IMG/VR virus record: IMGVR_UViG_2724679236_000018
Location: 1-6,054 of that record
Source of the DNA: a virus
Lineage: Duplodnaviria > Heunggongvirae > Uroviricota > Caudoviricetes
DNA length: 6,054 bases
Reading direction: 5' to 3' (one strand)
Part shown: piece after piece, positions 1 through 5,907 of the stretch
Layout: every line of letters begins with the position of its first letter
Position numbering within the stretch: the first letter of the stretch is position 1
Translations under genes and position numbers: made by a program
The notes under the pieces: generated by a model
Database searches by the model: none
Told to the model about the DNA's origin: nothing
The model's input: only the letters and a program-made list of their open reading frames with translations

Positions 1-1284
1 TTACTTCTTCGCCTCTGCAACCACTTTGCTACCCACGCCGCGGTTGTTGTACTCCCACATGCGGTTGTAGTTAGTGTCATTCAGATTGCGCTGTACATCG
101 TCGCTATCATCAGCGTTTCCGGTATTACCCGCGAACGGACGATTAGAGATCACCGCATCAGCCCACGGTTTAGCTGTGTTAAAGCCTTCGTTAATGGCGC
201 TATCACGAATCACCACCTGGCCGTTGGTATTGGCATCAACATCCAGCGAGCGACCCAACTGCGCGACGCCATCACCAGAAGCATTAAATCGGCTATTTAC
301 TGCCAGGAAACCGTAATAGATATTAGACAGCGTAGCTGGTGCAAACACATACGCTTCCTGCTGGGTACGGGAGTTCACCACGCGGAATTCAGTATTATCG
401 AACACCACTGCGCCGCGACCAGAAACGATATCCACATCCCCTTCGATGTAGCTGTTAGTCACCAGCGTACGCGGTTGGCGGTTGGTTTCCAGACGGTTTT
501 GCACGCCACTGTTAGTCACAAAGAAAGTATTCTGACGACCCAGAATATTGACGTTATTGATCTGTACTTTATCGCCATCAGTACGCAGAGCTACCGCTGG
601 ATGGTTGCCTGCATCTACGCTATCGCCCAGCGTGTTTTCGATGGTCAGATTTTGCAGTTGCAGGCCATTGTTTTGCGACCAGAAGACCGCAGAACACAGA
701 ACGCCGATACTGTTGCTGCGTTTGCTCTGGCAGCTATCGTACATATACCACGCTGGTTTACCTGGCATATATTTGCCGCGCGGGTTGACGTCATGACGCC
801 AGTCGGCAGGGCTCATGCCGCCATCAAGGGAGAGTCCAATCTTCACATCAATCGGTTTTTCGCCTGTACCATAGACGGTGATTCCACCCGGAGCTGCAGG
901 GACATACACCGTTCCCTGATACTCACCAGGCATCACGGCAATATACTGGCGCTTATTGGTACGCTTGATAATTGCCGCATCTACCGCCGCCTGAATCGTG
1001 GTATGCGTTACGCCTGGAGTACCCGCCGGGCCGACAACAAAGTCAGGTTGTGCAGGCAGGGTAATCGGCGAAGGATTCCACGCCGCAGCACCAGGCGTCA
1101 GGGATGAAAAATAGTGTTGAGCATCGAAATTCTGCGCTTCTTTTGCCGACAGAATCGGGCGAGAAGAAGTACCAGGCGCGGTTTGATCAGAAGGACGTTG
1201 ATCGGGCGGTGTTGAGCTACAGGCGGTCAGCGTCACGCCAAAAGCCAGTGCCAGCGCCAGACGGGAAACTGAAAATGTGTTCAC
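1..1284 (-). CDS. ybhC: YbhC-like outer-membrane lipoprotein (pectinesterase-like / putative acyl-CoA thioesterase family); host gene flanking the prophage
   Basis: Complete 427-aa ORF on the minus strand with stop at 1-3. N-terminus MNTFSVSRLALALAFGVTLTAC is a lipoprotein signal peptide with lipobox LTAC. Body contains pectinesterase-like motifs (HPAVALRTDGDKV, GDVDIVSG). Lying directly beside the lambda attB core matches my recollection of E. coli ybhC. Confidence 0.85.
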   Translation of the reverse strand: MNTFSVSRLALALAFGVTLTACSSTPPDQRPSDQTAPGTSSRPILSAKEAQNFDAQHYFSSLTPGAAAWNPSPITLPAQPDFVVGPAGTPGVTHTTIQAAVDAAIIKRTNKRQYIAVMPGEYQGTVYVPAAPGGITVYGTGEKPIDVKIGLSLDGGMSPADWRHDVNPRGKYMPGKPAWYMYDSCQSKRSNSIGVLCSAVFWSQNNGLQLQNLTIENTLGDSVDAGNHPAVALRTDGDKVQINNVNILGRQNTFFVTNSGVQNRLETNRQPRTLVTNSYIEGDVDIVSGRGAVVFDNTEFRVVNSRTQQEAYVFAPATLSNIYYGFLAVNSRFNASGDGVAQLGRSLDVDANTNGQVVIRDSAINEGFNTAKPWADAVISNRPFAGNTGNADDSDDVQRNLNDTNYNRMWEYNNRGVGSKVVAEAKK

Positions 1285-1315
1285 AGGTTGCTCCGGGCTA
1301 TGAAATGTAAAAATG

Positions 1316-1421
1316 AATCCGTTGAAGCCTGCTTTTTTATACTAAGTTGGCCTTATAAAAAAGCATTACTTATCAATTTGTTGCAACGAACAGGTCACTA
1401 TCAGTCAAAATAAAATCATTA
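1316..1421. other. Prophage attachment site attL (B-O-P'): host B arm, 15-bp lambda common core GCTTTTTTATACTAA at 1331-1345, phage P' arm
   Basis: Exact lambda core GCTTTTTTATACTAA at 1331-1345. Left flank TGAAGCCTG matches the attB B arm and right flank GTTGG...TATAAAAAAGCATT matches the attP P' arm as I recall them. An IHF-like site TATCAATTTGTTG (1371-1383, WATCAANNNNTTR) and three tandem arm-type Int sites (AGGTCACTAT, CAGTCAAAAT, AAATCATTAT, 1392-1421) follow, running into the int stop codon. Confidence 0.9.
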
Positions 1422-2486
1422 TTTGATTTCAATTTTGTCCCACTCCCTGCCTCTGTCATCACGATACTGTGATGCCATGGTGTCCGACTTATGCCCGAGA
1501 AGATGTTGAGCAAACTTATCGCTTATCTGCTTCTCATAGAGTCTTGCAGACAAACTGCGCAACTCGTGAAAGGTAGGCGGAGTCCCTTCGAAGGAAAGAC
1601 CTGATGCTTTTCGTGCGCGCATAAAATACCTTGATACTGTGCCGGATGAAAGCGGTTCACGACGAGTAGATGCAATTATGGTTTCTCCGCCAAGAATCTC
1701 TTTGCATTTATCAAGTGTTTCTTTCATTGATATCCCGAGAGCATCAACATGCAATGTTGTAGGAATGGCAATTTTTACGCCTGTTTTGCTTTGCTCGACA
1801 TAAAGATAGCCATCTACGATATCAGACCACTTCATTTCGCATAAATCACCAACTCGCTGCCCGGTAACAACAGCCAGTTCCATTGCAAGTCTGAGCCAAC
1901 ATGGTGATGATTCTGCTGCTTGATAAATTTTCAGGTATTCGTCAGCCGTAAGTCTTGATCTCCTTACCTCTGATTTTGCTGCGCGAGTGGCGGTGACCGG
2001 GTTTGTCGTTATATGGCCTTCAGCTATAGCCTCTCGGAATGCATCGCTCAGTGTCGATCTGATTAACTTGGCTGATGCCGCCTTACCCTCGTCTATGTAT
2101 CCATTGAGCATTGTCGCAATTTCTTTTGTGGTGATGTCTTCAAGTGGAACATCAGGTAACTCCTTCCTTATTGCTTTAATTTTGCTCATGTAATTTATTA
2201 ATGTCTTCTGCTTGATCCCTCTGCTGGAGAGGATTTTTTCGTAGCGATCAAGCCAAGCATGGAGAGTGATTGAATCAGCGCCTTTAATCCTGCCCAGCAA
2301 TGATTCGTGCCCGCTTTCGGTGAAAAGCTCAATGTTGGTGTGAATTGCTTCGGAAATTGCTACCCTCCTGTCTCTTCCCAGCCCGAACTCTTTTTTCGTC
2401 CTCGGGTCTCTGTAGCAGTAATACCCGTTTCTTTCGTAGAGATTTGGCGGCAGGTCGCGCCGCTTATGGCTTCTCCTTCTTCCCAT
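1419..2486 (-). CDS. int: Lambda-type integrase (tyrosine site-specific recombinase Int)
   Basis: 355-aa ORF beginning MGRRRSHKRRDLPPNLYERNGYYCYRDPRTKKEFGLGRD and ending ...GREWDKIEIK, which matches lambda Int as I recall it. It sits next to attL and overlaps xis by 23 bp as in lambda. Confidence 0.96.
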   Translation of the reverse strand: MGRRRSHKRRDLPPNLYERNGYYCYRDPRTKKEFGLGRDRRVAISEAIHTNIELFTESGHESLLGRIKGADSITLHAWLDRYEKILSSRGIKQKTLINYMSKIKAIRKELPDVPLEDITTKEIATMLNGYIDEGKAASAKLIRSTLSDAFREAIAEGHITTNPVTATRAAKSEVRRSRLTADEYLKIYQAAESSPCWLRLAMELAVVTGQRVGDLCEMKWSDIVDGYLYVEQSKTGVKIAIPTTLHVDALGISMKETLDKCKEILGGETIIASTRREPLSSGTVSRYFMRARKASGLSFEGTPPTFHELRSLSARLYEKQISDKFAQHLLGHKSDTMASQYRDDRGREWDKIEIK

Positions 2487-2682
2487 TTCTGATCCTCTTC
2501 AAAAGACTACCTGTTACTGGTCGATTTAAGTCAACCTTTACCGCTGATTCGTGGAACAGATACTCTCTTCCATCCTTAACCGGAGGAGGGAATATCCTGC
2601 ACTCGCGTACCCATCGACGAACTGTTTCAAGGCTTCTTGGGCGTCGCTGGCGTGCGTTCCACTCCTGAAGTGTCAAGTACAT
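2464..2682 (-). CDS. xis: Lambda-type excisionase Xis
   Basis: 72-aa ORF MYLTLQEWNARQRRPRSLETVRRWVRECRIFPPPVKDGREYLFHESAVKVDLNRP..., which matches lambda Xis as I recall it. Its 3' end overlaps the int start in the classic arrangement. Confidence 0.95.
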   Translation of the reverse strand: MYLTLQEWNARQRRPRSLETVRRWVRECRIFPPPVKDGREYLFHESAVKVDLNRPVTGSLLKRIRNGKKEKP

Positions 2683-2738
2683 CGCAAAGTCTCCGCAATT
2701 ACTCGCAAGGGAACGAGTAGTGGTTGATTTTCTCCAAC

Positions 2739-2761
2739 AAAAAAGGAGCCGAAGCTCCTTT
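2739..2761 (-). terminator. Candidate rho-independent terminator downstream of the AntA-like gene and upstream of xis
   Basis: On the minus strand: GGAGC-TTCG-GCTCC (5-bp GC-rich stem, 4-nt loop) followed directly by TTTTTTGTTGG. The plus-strand version has only TTT after the stem. It lies 6 bp beyond the stop codon (2767-2769) of the AntA-like gene. Confidence 0.6.
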
Positions 2762-2766
2762 GATGA

Positions 2767-3390
2767 TTAAAATTCGAATTGTCTCGCCCGAAGGCTTTTC
2801 AACATTGGTCTTGCCCGTTCGAAAACGGCGCTTGTCTGGTCAAGTCGTGTCGCCTCCCTGAGCAGTACATCTCTGTTTTTTGTCACCGTGTAAAAAGTTT
2901 CAAACGCGATGTCATACAGCTTGCTCGCGTATGATGAGTTAAGTTCCTTCATTATCGGGTACAGGCGTTTGCAGGTATCCACTGCTTTTTCCATCTGTAC
3001 CAGCATGTAGCAGAGGAGGATGATTTCCTCGTCTGTGAATTGTTGTAGTGGCTGCATATTGCGATACTTCTTCTCGCATTCGATGAAGTATCGACGTATC
3101 TGGCGGCCTTTTTCGTTGCGCTCAACCATCGCCAGTTCTTTGGCTGTGTCGAGGGTGAGGTGGTAATCCTTGCGGTTGTGACCGCCTCTACCAGAGGTTT
3201 GCTTTCCCAAATTGGAAAGCAAAATATAGTCTTGATTTTCAATGAATTCGTATTCTGAAATGCGATTTGTAATCCATGCCGCAAACACCTTTTTCACGCC
3301 TAAAAAAGCATGCAGATCACGGGCATTACAGAGCAGGGTGGTTTCGTTGGCAATAGTGCCGTTGAATACGGGGATGAGTTGACTGGTCAT
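2767..3390 (-). CDS. Phage antirepressor-like protein with N-terminal AntA-type domain and uncharacterised C-terminal half
   Basis: ORF 2767..3402; I place the start at the second in-frame ATG (3388-3390, MTSQLIPVF...) because GGAGG sits 5 nt upstream of it, while the first ATG (3400-3402) has no SD. The N-terminal ~110 aa carry the motif set I associate with the AntA/AntB antirepressor domain (ARDLHAFLGV, WITNRISEYEFIENQDY, GGHNRKDYHLTLDTAKELAMVERNEKGRQIRRYFIECEKK). The C-terminal ~100 aa have no motif I recognise. Confidence 0.8.
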   Translation of the reverse strand: MTSQLIPVFNGTIANETTLLCNARDLHAFLGVKKVFAAWITNRISEYEFIENQDYILLSNLGKQTSGRGGHNRKDYHLTLDTAKELAMVERNEKGRQIRRYFIECEKKYRNMQPLQQFTDEEIILLCYMLVQMEKAVDTCKRLYPIMKELNSSYASKLYDIAFETFYTVTKNRDVLLREATRLDQTSAVFERARPMLKSLRARQFEF

Positions 3391-3418
3391 GATGACCTCC
3401 ATAGATTTTTAGTTAGCA

Positions 3419-3441
3419 ATCACCAGTTAGTGGCTGGTGAT
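3419..3441. promoter_or_regulatory. Perfect 8-bp inverted repeat ATCACCAG-N7-CTGGTGAT in the leader of the AntA-like gene; candidate operator or leader RNA hairpin
   Basis: Arms 3419-3426 and 3434-3441 are exact reverse complements. The element lies between a TTGACA hexamer (minus strand, plus-strand coordinates 3446-3451) and the RBS of the AntA-like gene (3393-3397). Confidence 0.35.
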
Positions 3442-3609
3442 CGGGTGTCAACTAGAGCATCTATGAAGCTCCGGGCATATTCCCCTTGCAGGTGTTGTAT
3501 TACGCCTCTCCACCCGACCTTTGTACGGATGTGACTATGCCAGATTGCAGGCATAAAAAAGCCGCAAAGCTATCGGGTGCGGAGACCGCATAGATTTTCT
3601 AGTGCGGTC

Positions 3610-3639
3610 AGTATGCGATAGCTCGAGCGGATTTGTCAA
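3610..3639 (-). promoter_or_regulatory. Candidate sigma70-type promoter (TTGACA-18 bp-CATACT) reading towards the AntA-like gene
   Basis: Minus-strand TTGACA (plus coordinates 3634-3639), 18-bp spacer, CATACT (3610-3615). This is hexamer matching only, with a weak -10 element. Confidence 0.2.
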
Positions 3640-3742
3640 ATCATGTGGTCTTTATCTTGCTGTAAGCCGCGCCATTCGGGCTTTTCCCCAGATTTGGGGG
3701 AAACTATCTGCGAAGTATTCACCTTTAACGGCTAGTTGCAGG

Positions 3743-4027
3743 TTAGCCACGACCTTCCTCCTTTGGCTTGTGAATTTGTATCGTCATGCCGCTTTGAGTG
3801 GTGACTACAATGACAGAACCAGGCTGAAGGCTGTTAAGATTGAATGCTTCGTAAAACGAATCCAATGCCAGTGCTTTTTTATTCTTTCGGTTCCACCAAC
3901 GCCATCCCTTGCTACAGGCTACACTGACAATCCACTGCCCACTCCTGTAAGCCATATAAAACCAGATGAGCAAAACCTGAAGGAAGGCTATCCAGTCAAT
4001 AATCGTATATTTAGCGAAGGAGTCCAT
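3743..4027 (-). CDS. Small predicted membrane protein (94 aa), translationally coupled to the upstream DUF551-like gene
   Basis: Start ATG at 4025-4027 overlaps the TAA stop of the upstream gene (TAATG on the minus strand) and is preceded by GGAGG 7 nt upstream. The longer 119-aa ORF in the track is an upstream extension with no RBS. The protein MDSFAKYTIIDWIAFLQVLLIWFYMAYRSGQW... has one clear hydrophobic helix (about residues 7-27) followed by a basic cluster NRKNKK, suggesting a cytoplasmic C-terminal domain. Confidence 0.65.
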   Translation of the reverse strand: MDSFAKYTIIDWIAFLQVLLIWFYMAYRSGQWIVSVACSKGWRWWNRKNKKALALDSFYEAFNLNSLQPGSVIVVTTQSGMTIQIHKPKEEGRG

Positions 4028-4449
4028 TACTTCACCTCCAGCGGTGGTTCCGGTAGCGGCATCCAGTGTGATGGTATCCACGACGCACCAGGAATTATCC
4101 ACCCATCATTAGCGTCAGGATGCCCAGGGATGTAAGTCGCCCATTTCATTCGCCAGTCACCTCTCCTGTCAAACTCCCTGGCAACAAGAACGGCTGTTTT
4201 GCTATCCGGCATTCGCTCACTACAGCTTATCCAACCATCCGGAATTACCGGAGAGTTGCCAGCCAGCGCGTTCAACTTGTAAGTTTGGCTTACAGGTTCT
4301 GCACTATCAGCTTCTCGCCGCTTCTGTAGCTCTGCTGCCATCGCTCTCACGACTTCAACTGGTGCCCTTGCAGCAAACTCCATGTTGGTGATCAGCTCAT
4401 TAAGATATTGCTCGCTGGGATACTGTTTCTTATTGGTAATGGTGGTCAT
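4027..4449 (-). CDS. Phage protein with C-terminal DUF551-like domain (140 aa)
   Basis: ORF with AAGGA 8 nt upstream of the ATG at 4447-4449. The C-terminal half (DGWISCSERMPDSKTAVLV...WATYIPG...ASWIPSHWMPLPEPP) resembles the conserved motif of DUF551-family prophage proteins as I remember it. The N-terminal ~70 aa are unassigned. Confidence 0.75.
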   Translation of the reverse strand: MTTITNKKQYPSEQYLNELITNMEFAARAPVEVVRAMAAELQKRREADSAEPVSQTYKLNALAGNSPVIPDGWISCSERMPDSKTAVLVAREFDRRGDWRMKWATYIPGHPDANDGWIIPGASWIPSHWMPLPEPPLEVK

Positions 4450-4453
4450 ATCA

Positions 4454-4639
4454 CTATCCTTTAGTGCGCAAGTGGTTTTTCCAGCGGTTTTGCGCCGCGC
4501 TGGGCTTGTTAAGTGAACACATCACAATATCAGCCGTATTTTTGAACAGCCCCATTCTGCGGTTACTGAGTTTTAACCATTGCTGGACGCCGCGAGCATT
4601 TCTACAGGTCAAAAGAATTTTTGCTTTACGGTTTTTCAT
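4454..4639 (-). CDS. Small basic hypothetical protein (61 aa, ORF A), start inside a duplicated boundary cassette
   Basis: ATG at 4637-4639 overlaps the TGA stop of ORF B (ATGA). Its stop at 4454-4456 is 4 nt from the start of the DUF551-like gene. The protein begins MKNRKAKILL..., sharing its first 7 residues with ORF B because of the direct repeat. No family recognised and the SD is weak, so coding status is uncertain. Confidence 0.4.
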   Translation of the reverse strand: MKNRKAKILLTCRNARGVQQWLKLSNRRMGLFKNTADIVMCSLNKPSAAQNRWKNHLRTKG

Positions 4640-4641
4640 CG
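4611..4641. repeat. Direct repeat copy 1 (23-bp exact core TTTTGCTTTACGGTTTTTCATCG at 4619-4641 plus AAAAGAA flank)
   Basis: Identical 23-mer recurs at 4792-4814, 173 bp away, each time with an AAAAGAA flank. On the minus strand it reads CGATGAAAAACCGTAAAGCAAAA and carries a start codon and the first codons of a small ORF. Confidence 0.85.
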
Positions 4642-4812
4642 CACTGCGTACCCCTTCTCTCGTCTGTTACGCGACGCGGTGGTTTTATAGTTAAATGCGA
4701 ATACCACCCTACCAAACATGCCGATCACCGCCCGTTTGTGATTGCTGATTGGTAGCTTCTCGTACCCCGTCGAACGCGATAAAAGAAGTAATTTTGCTTT
4801 ACGGTTTTTCAT
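4636..4812 (-). CDS. Small basic hypothetical protein (58 aa, ORF B), start inside a duplicated boundary cassette
   Basis: Internal ATG at 4810-4812 of the 72-aa track ORF, preceded by AGGAG about 9 nt upstream. It overlaps the last 14 nt of the Ea22-like gene and its TGA stop overlaps the ATG of ORF A. Begins [10 protein letters not shown]...; no family recognised. Confidence 0.4.
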   Translation of the reverse strand: MKNRKAKLLLLSRSTGYEKLPISNHKRAVIGMFGRVVFAFNYKTTASRNRREKGYAVR

Positions 4813-4814
4813 CG
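4781..4814. repeat. Direct repeat copy 2 (23-bp exact core at 4792-4814 plus AAAAGAA flank)
   Basis: Same 23-mer as 4619-4641. Here it spans the TAA stop of the Ea22-like gene (4799-4801) and the ATG of ORF B (4810-4812). Confidence 0.85.
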
Positions 4815-5449
4815 TTTTGCTCTCCTGCGTCTCCTTTGATGCGAATGCCAGCAAGCCAGTTTCTTATGCCGATATATTCAGCGTTCCTGAAACCGCTTTT
4901 TACATATATAAATGGCAAGCGAAGATTGTGACCATTGGCTGCCAGGTAGTTTTTACAACCCTGTTCGGTGAAACTGCAGGTAACGAATTCATCAATATCT
5001 TTCACAGCAACGCGCCGCCATTTTTCTGGTGGCTCTCGAAAGTTTTCGTGAAGTAGTTCGAGACGACGACTTTGGCGTTTATTGGCTTCATTGCCATCTT
5101 CATCAACCCAGACAATCCTGTCATAGTCATAATCAGAATCAACAACGATTTCGCGCTTTTGATACACACAAAACATAGGTTCTGACGTTATTCGATTATC
5201 CTGTGTTCGAATATTTTCACCGATGATGCCAAATGAATCTGGTGCAGATTTTGTCTGCAACTCTGCTATGCGCTTACTCCCATCCGAGATAACACCTTCG
5301 TAATATTCACGCTGCTCGTTGAGTTTTGATTCAAGTTCACCGAACTTACGGACAAGATATTCAGCGTTTGTTTCGTTAACCTTTAAATCTCGGGGGATGT
5401 ATTTACCTTTCAGAAATCCATCCATCTCAATTAGTGTCATTTGTTTCAT
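4799..5449 (-). CDS. ea22: Ea22-like early-left protein (mosaic; conserved central segment, divergent N- and C-termini)
   Basis: The central peptide [25 protein letters not shown] and the C-terminal AGIRIKG match lambda Ea22 segments as I recall them ([34 protein letters not shown]). The track ORF starts at a GTG (5465-5467) with no SD; I prefer the ATG at 5447-5449 ([12 protein letters not shown]...), which has a purine-rich GGAGTGGGAAGAA upstream. The start is uncertain between these two. Confidence 0.75.
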   Translation of the reverse strand: MKQMTLIEMDGFLKGKYIPRDLKVNETNAEYLVRKFGELESKLNEQREYYEGVISDGSKRIAELQTKSAPDSFGIIGENIRTQDNRITSEPMFCVYQKREIVVDSDYDYDRIVWVDEDGNEANKRQSRRLELLHENFREPPEKWRRVAVKDIDEFVTCSFTEQGCKNYLAANGHNLRLPFIYVKSGFRNAEYIGIRNWLAGIRIKGDAGEQNDEKP

Positions 5450-5606
5450 TTCTTCCCACTCCGCCACATCGCATTCAGATATTTGTTTTGATTTACTGAA
5501 GGAAAAGAATTTCTCTTAAGCAATTCCTCTCTCGATGGCATTGGCTTTACGCGTTGGCGAATAATCATTTCTGCCGGAAGAATGCCGGGATTGTATGCAA
5601 GTCCTC

Positions 5607-5897
5607 TCATGATTTACTCTCCACGAACTGGTCAATAGCCATGCTAAGTGACACACCTAAAGTATCGATATGCTGCTGAATATCCTGTAGCGTCTGAGCC
5701 TGAGATAACAGGATTTCACGGTTGCATAACTCTTTAACCAGATGCTCAAACTTGCTGTAATAACCGATACGGCTTAGTGTTTCTTTCCCTGCATTCTCGC
5801 CTTCTTTGATAATTCCTCTTTCGCTAAGAATCAGGTCGTGTTTGGTTCCGGTAATAACGTATTTTCCGAGGTCGATGTTTAGCTTCATTGTTTTCAT
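5607..5897 (-). CDS. Hypothetical phage protein (96 aa)
   Basis: Within the 146-aa track ORF the ATG at 5895-5897 ([13 protein letters not shown]...) is the only candidate start with a good SD (GAGGA 7 nt upstream). The 5' extension of the track ORF starts at a TTG without an RBS and overlaps another open frame. No family recognised. Confidence 0.55.
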   Translation of the reverse strand: MKTMKLNIDLGKYVITGTKHDLILSERGIIKEGENAGKETLSRIGYYSKFEHLVKELCNREILLSQAQTLQDIQQHIDTLGVSLSMAIDQFVESKS

Positions 5898-5907
5898 TGT
5901 TAATTCC

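Noticed and set aside
74-1310. Plus-strand ORFs 74..316, 475..1107, 548..796 and 1104..1310
   Set aside because: All lie antisense to the well-supported ybhC coding sequence, and none has a convincing RBS or a recognisable protein.
1987-2668. Plus-strand ORFs 1987..2193, 2307..2492 and 2345..2668
   Set aside because: They are antisense to int and xis, which match lambda Int/Xis; they are shadow ORFs of the real genes.
2952-3284. Minus-strand 110-aa ORF 2952..3284
   Set aside because: It is an alternative frame wholly inside the AntA-like gene, which has a recognisable domain in the other frame.
3310-3534. Plus-strand 74-aa ORF running from inside the AntA-like gene into the intergenic gap
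   Set aside because: Its start lies antisense within the AntA-like coding region with no SD. The internal ATG at 3463 would give only a 23-aa peptide with a weak RBS.
3664-3699. Two hairpins just downstream of the membrane-protein gene, considered as its terminator
   Set aside because: Neither is followed by a U run on the minus strand. On the plus strand the first has only a 3-bp GC stem before TTTT. Not convincing as intrinsic terminators.
3743-4102. The full 119-aa version of the membrane-protein ORF
   Set aside because: The first 25 codons overlap the DUF551-like gene and lack an RBS, whereas the internal ATG at 4027 has GGAGG and a TAATG coupling overlap.
3602-4329. Plus-strand ORFs 3602..4135 (177 aa) and 4120..4329
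   Set aside because: Antisense to the coupled membrane-protein and DUF551-like genes; the 177-aa ORF has a GTG start, no SD, and runs through intergenic hairpins.
4464-5056. Plus-strand ORFs 4464..4694, 4742..5056 and 4749..4931 crossing the direct repeats
   Set aside because: They are antisense to the tightly coupled minus-strand chain and to the Ea22-like gene, and have no SD. The repeat makes them look related (FALRFFI) but that is a by-product of the duplication.
5319-5519. Plus-strand 66-aa ORF 5319..5519
   Set aside because: Antisense to the N-terminal part of the Ea22-like gene, with no RBS and no recognisable product.
5468-5606. Possible internal promoter in the 139-bp gap upstream of the Ea22-like gene
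   Set aside because: Only weak hexamers (for example TTGCTT with poor -10 candidates); nothing distinguishes it from background AT-rich sequence.
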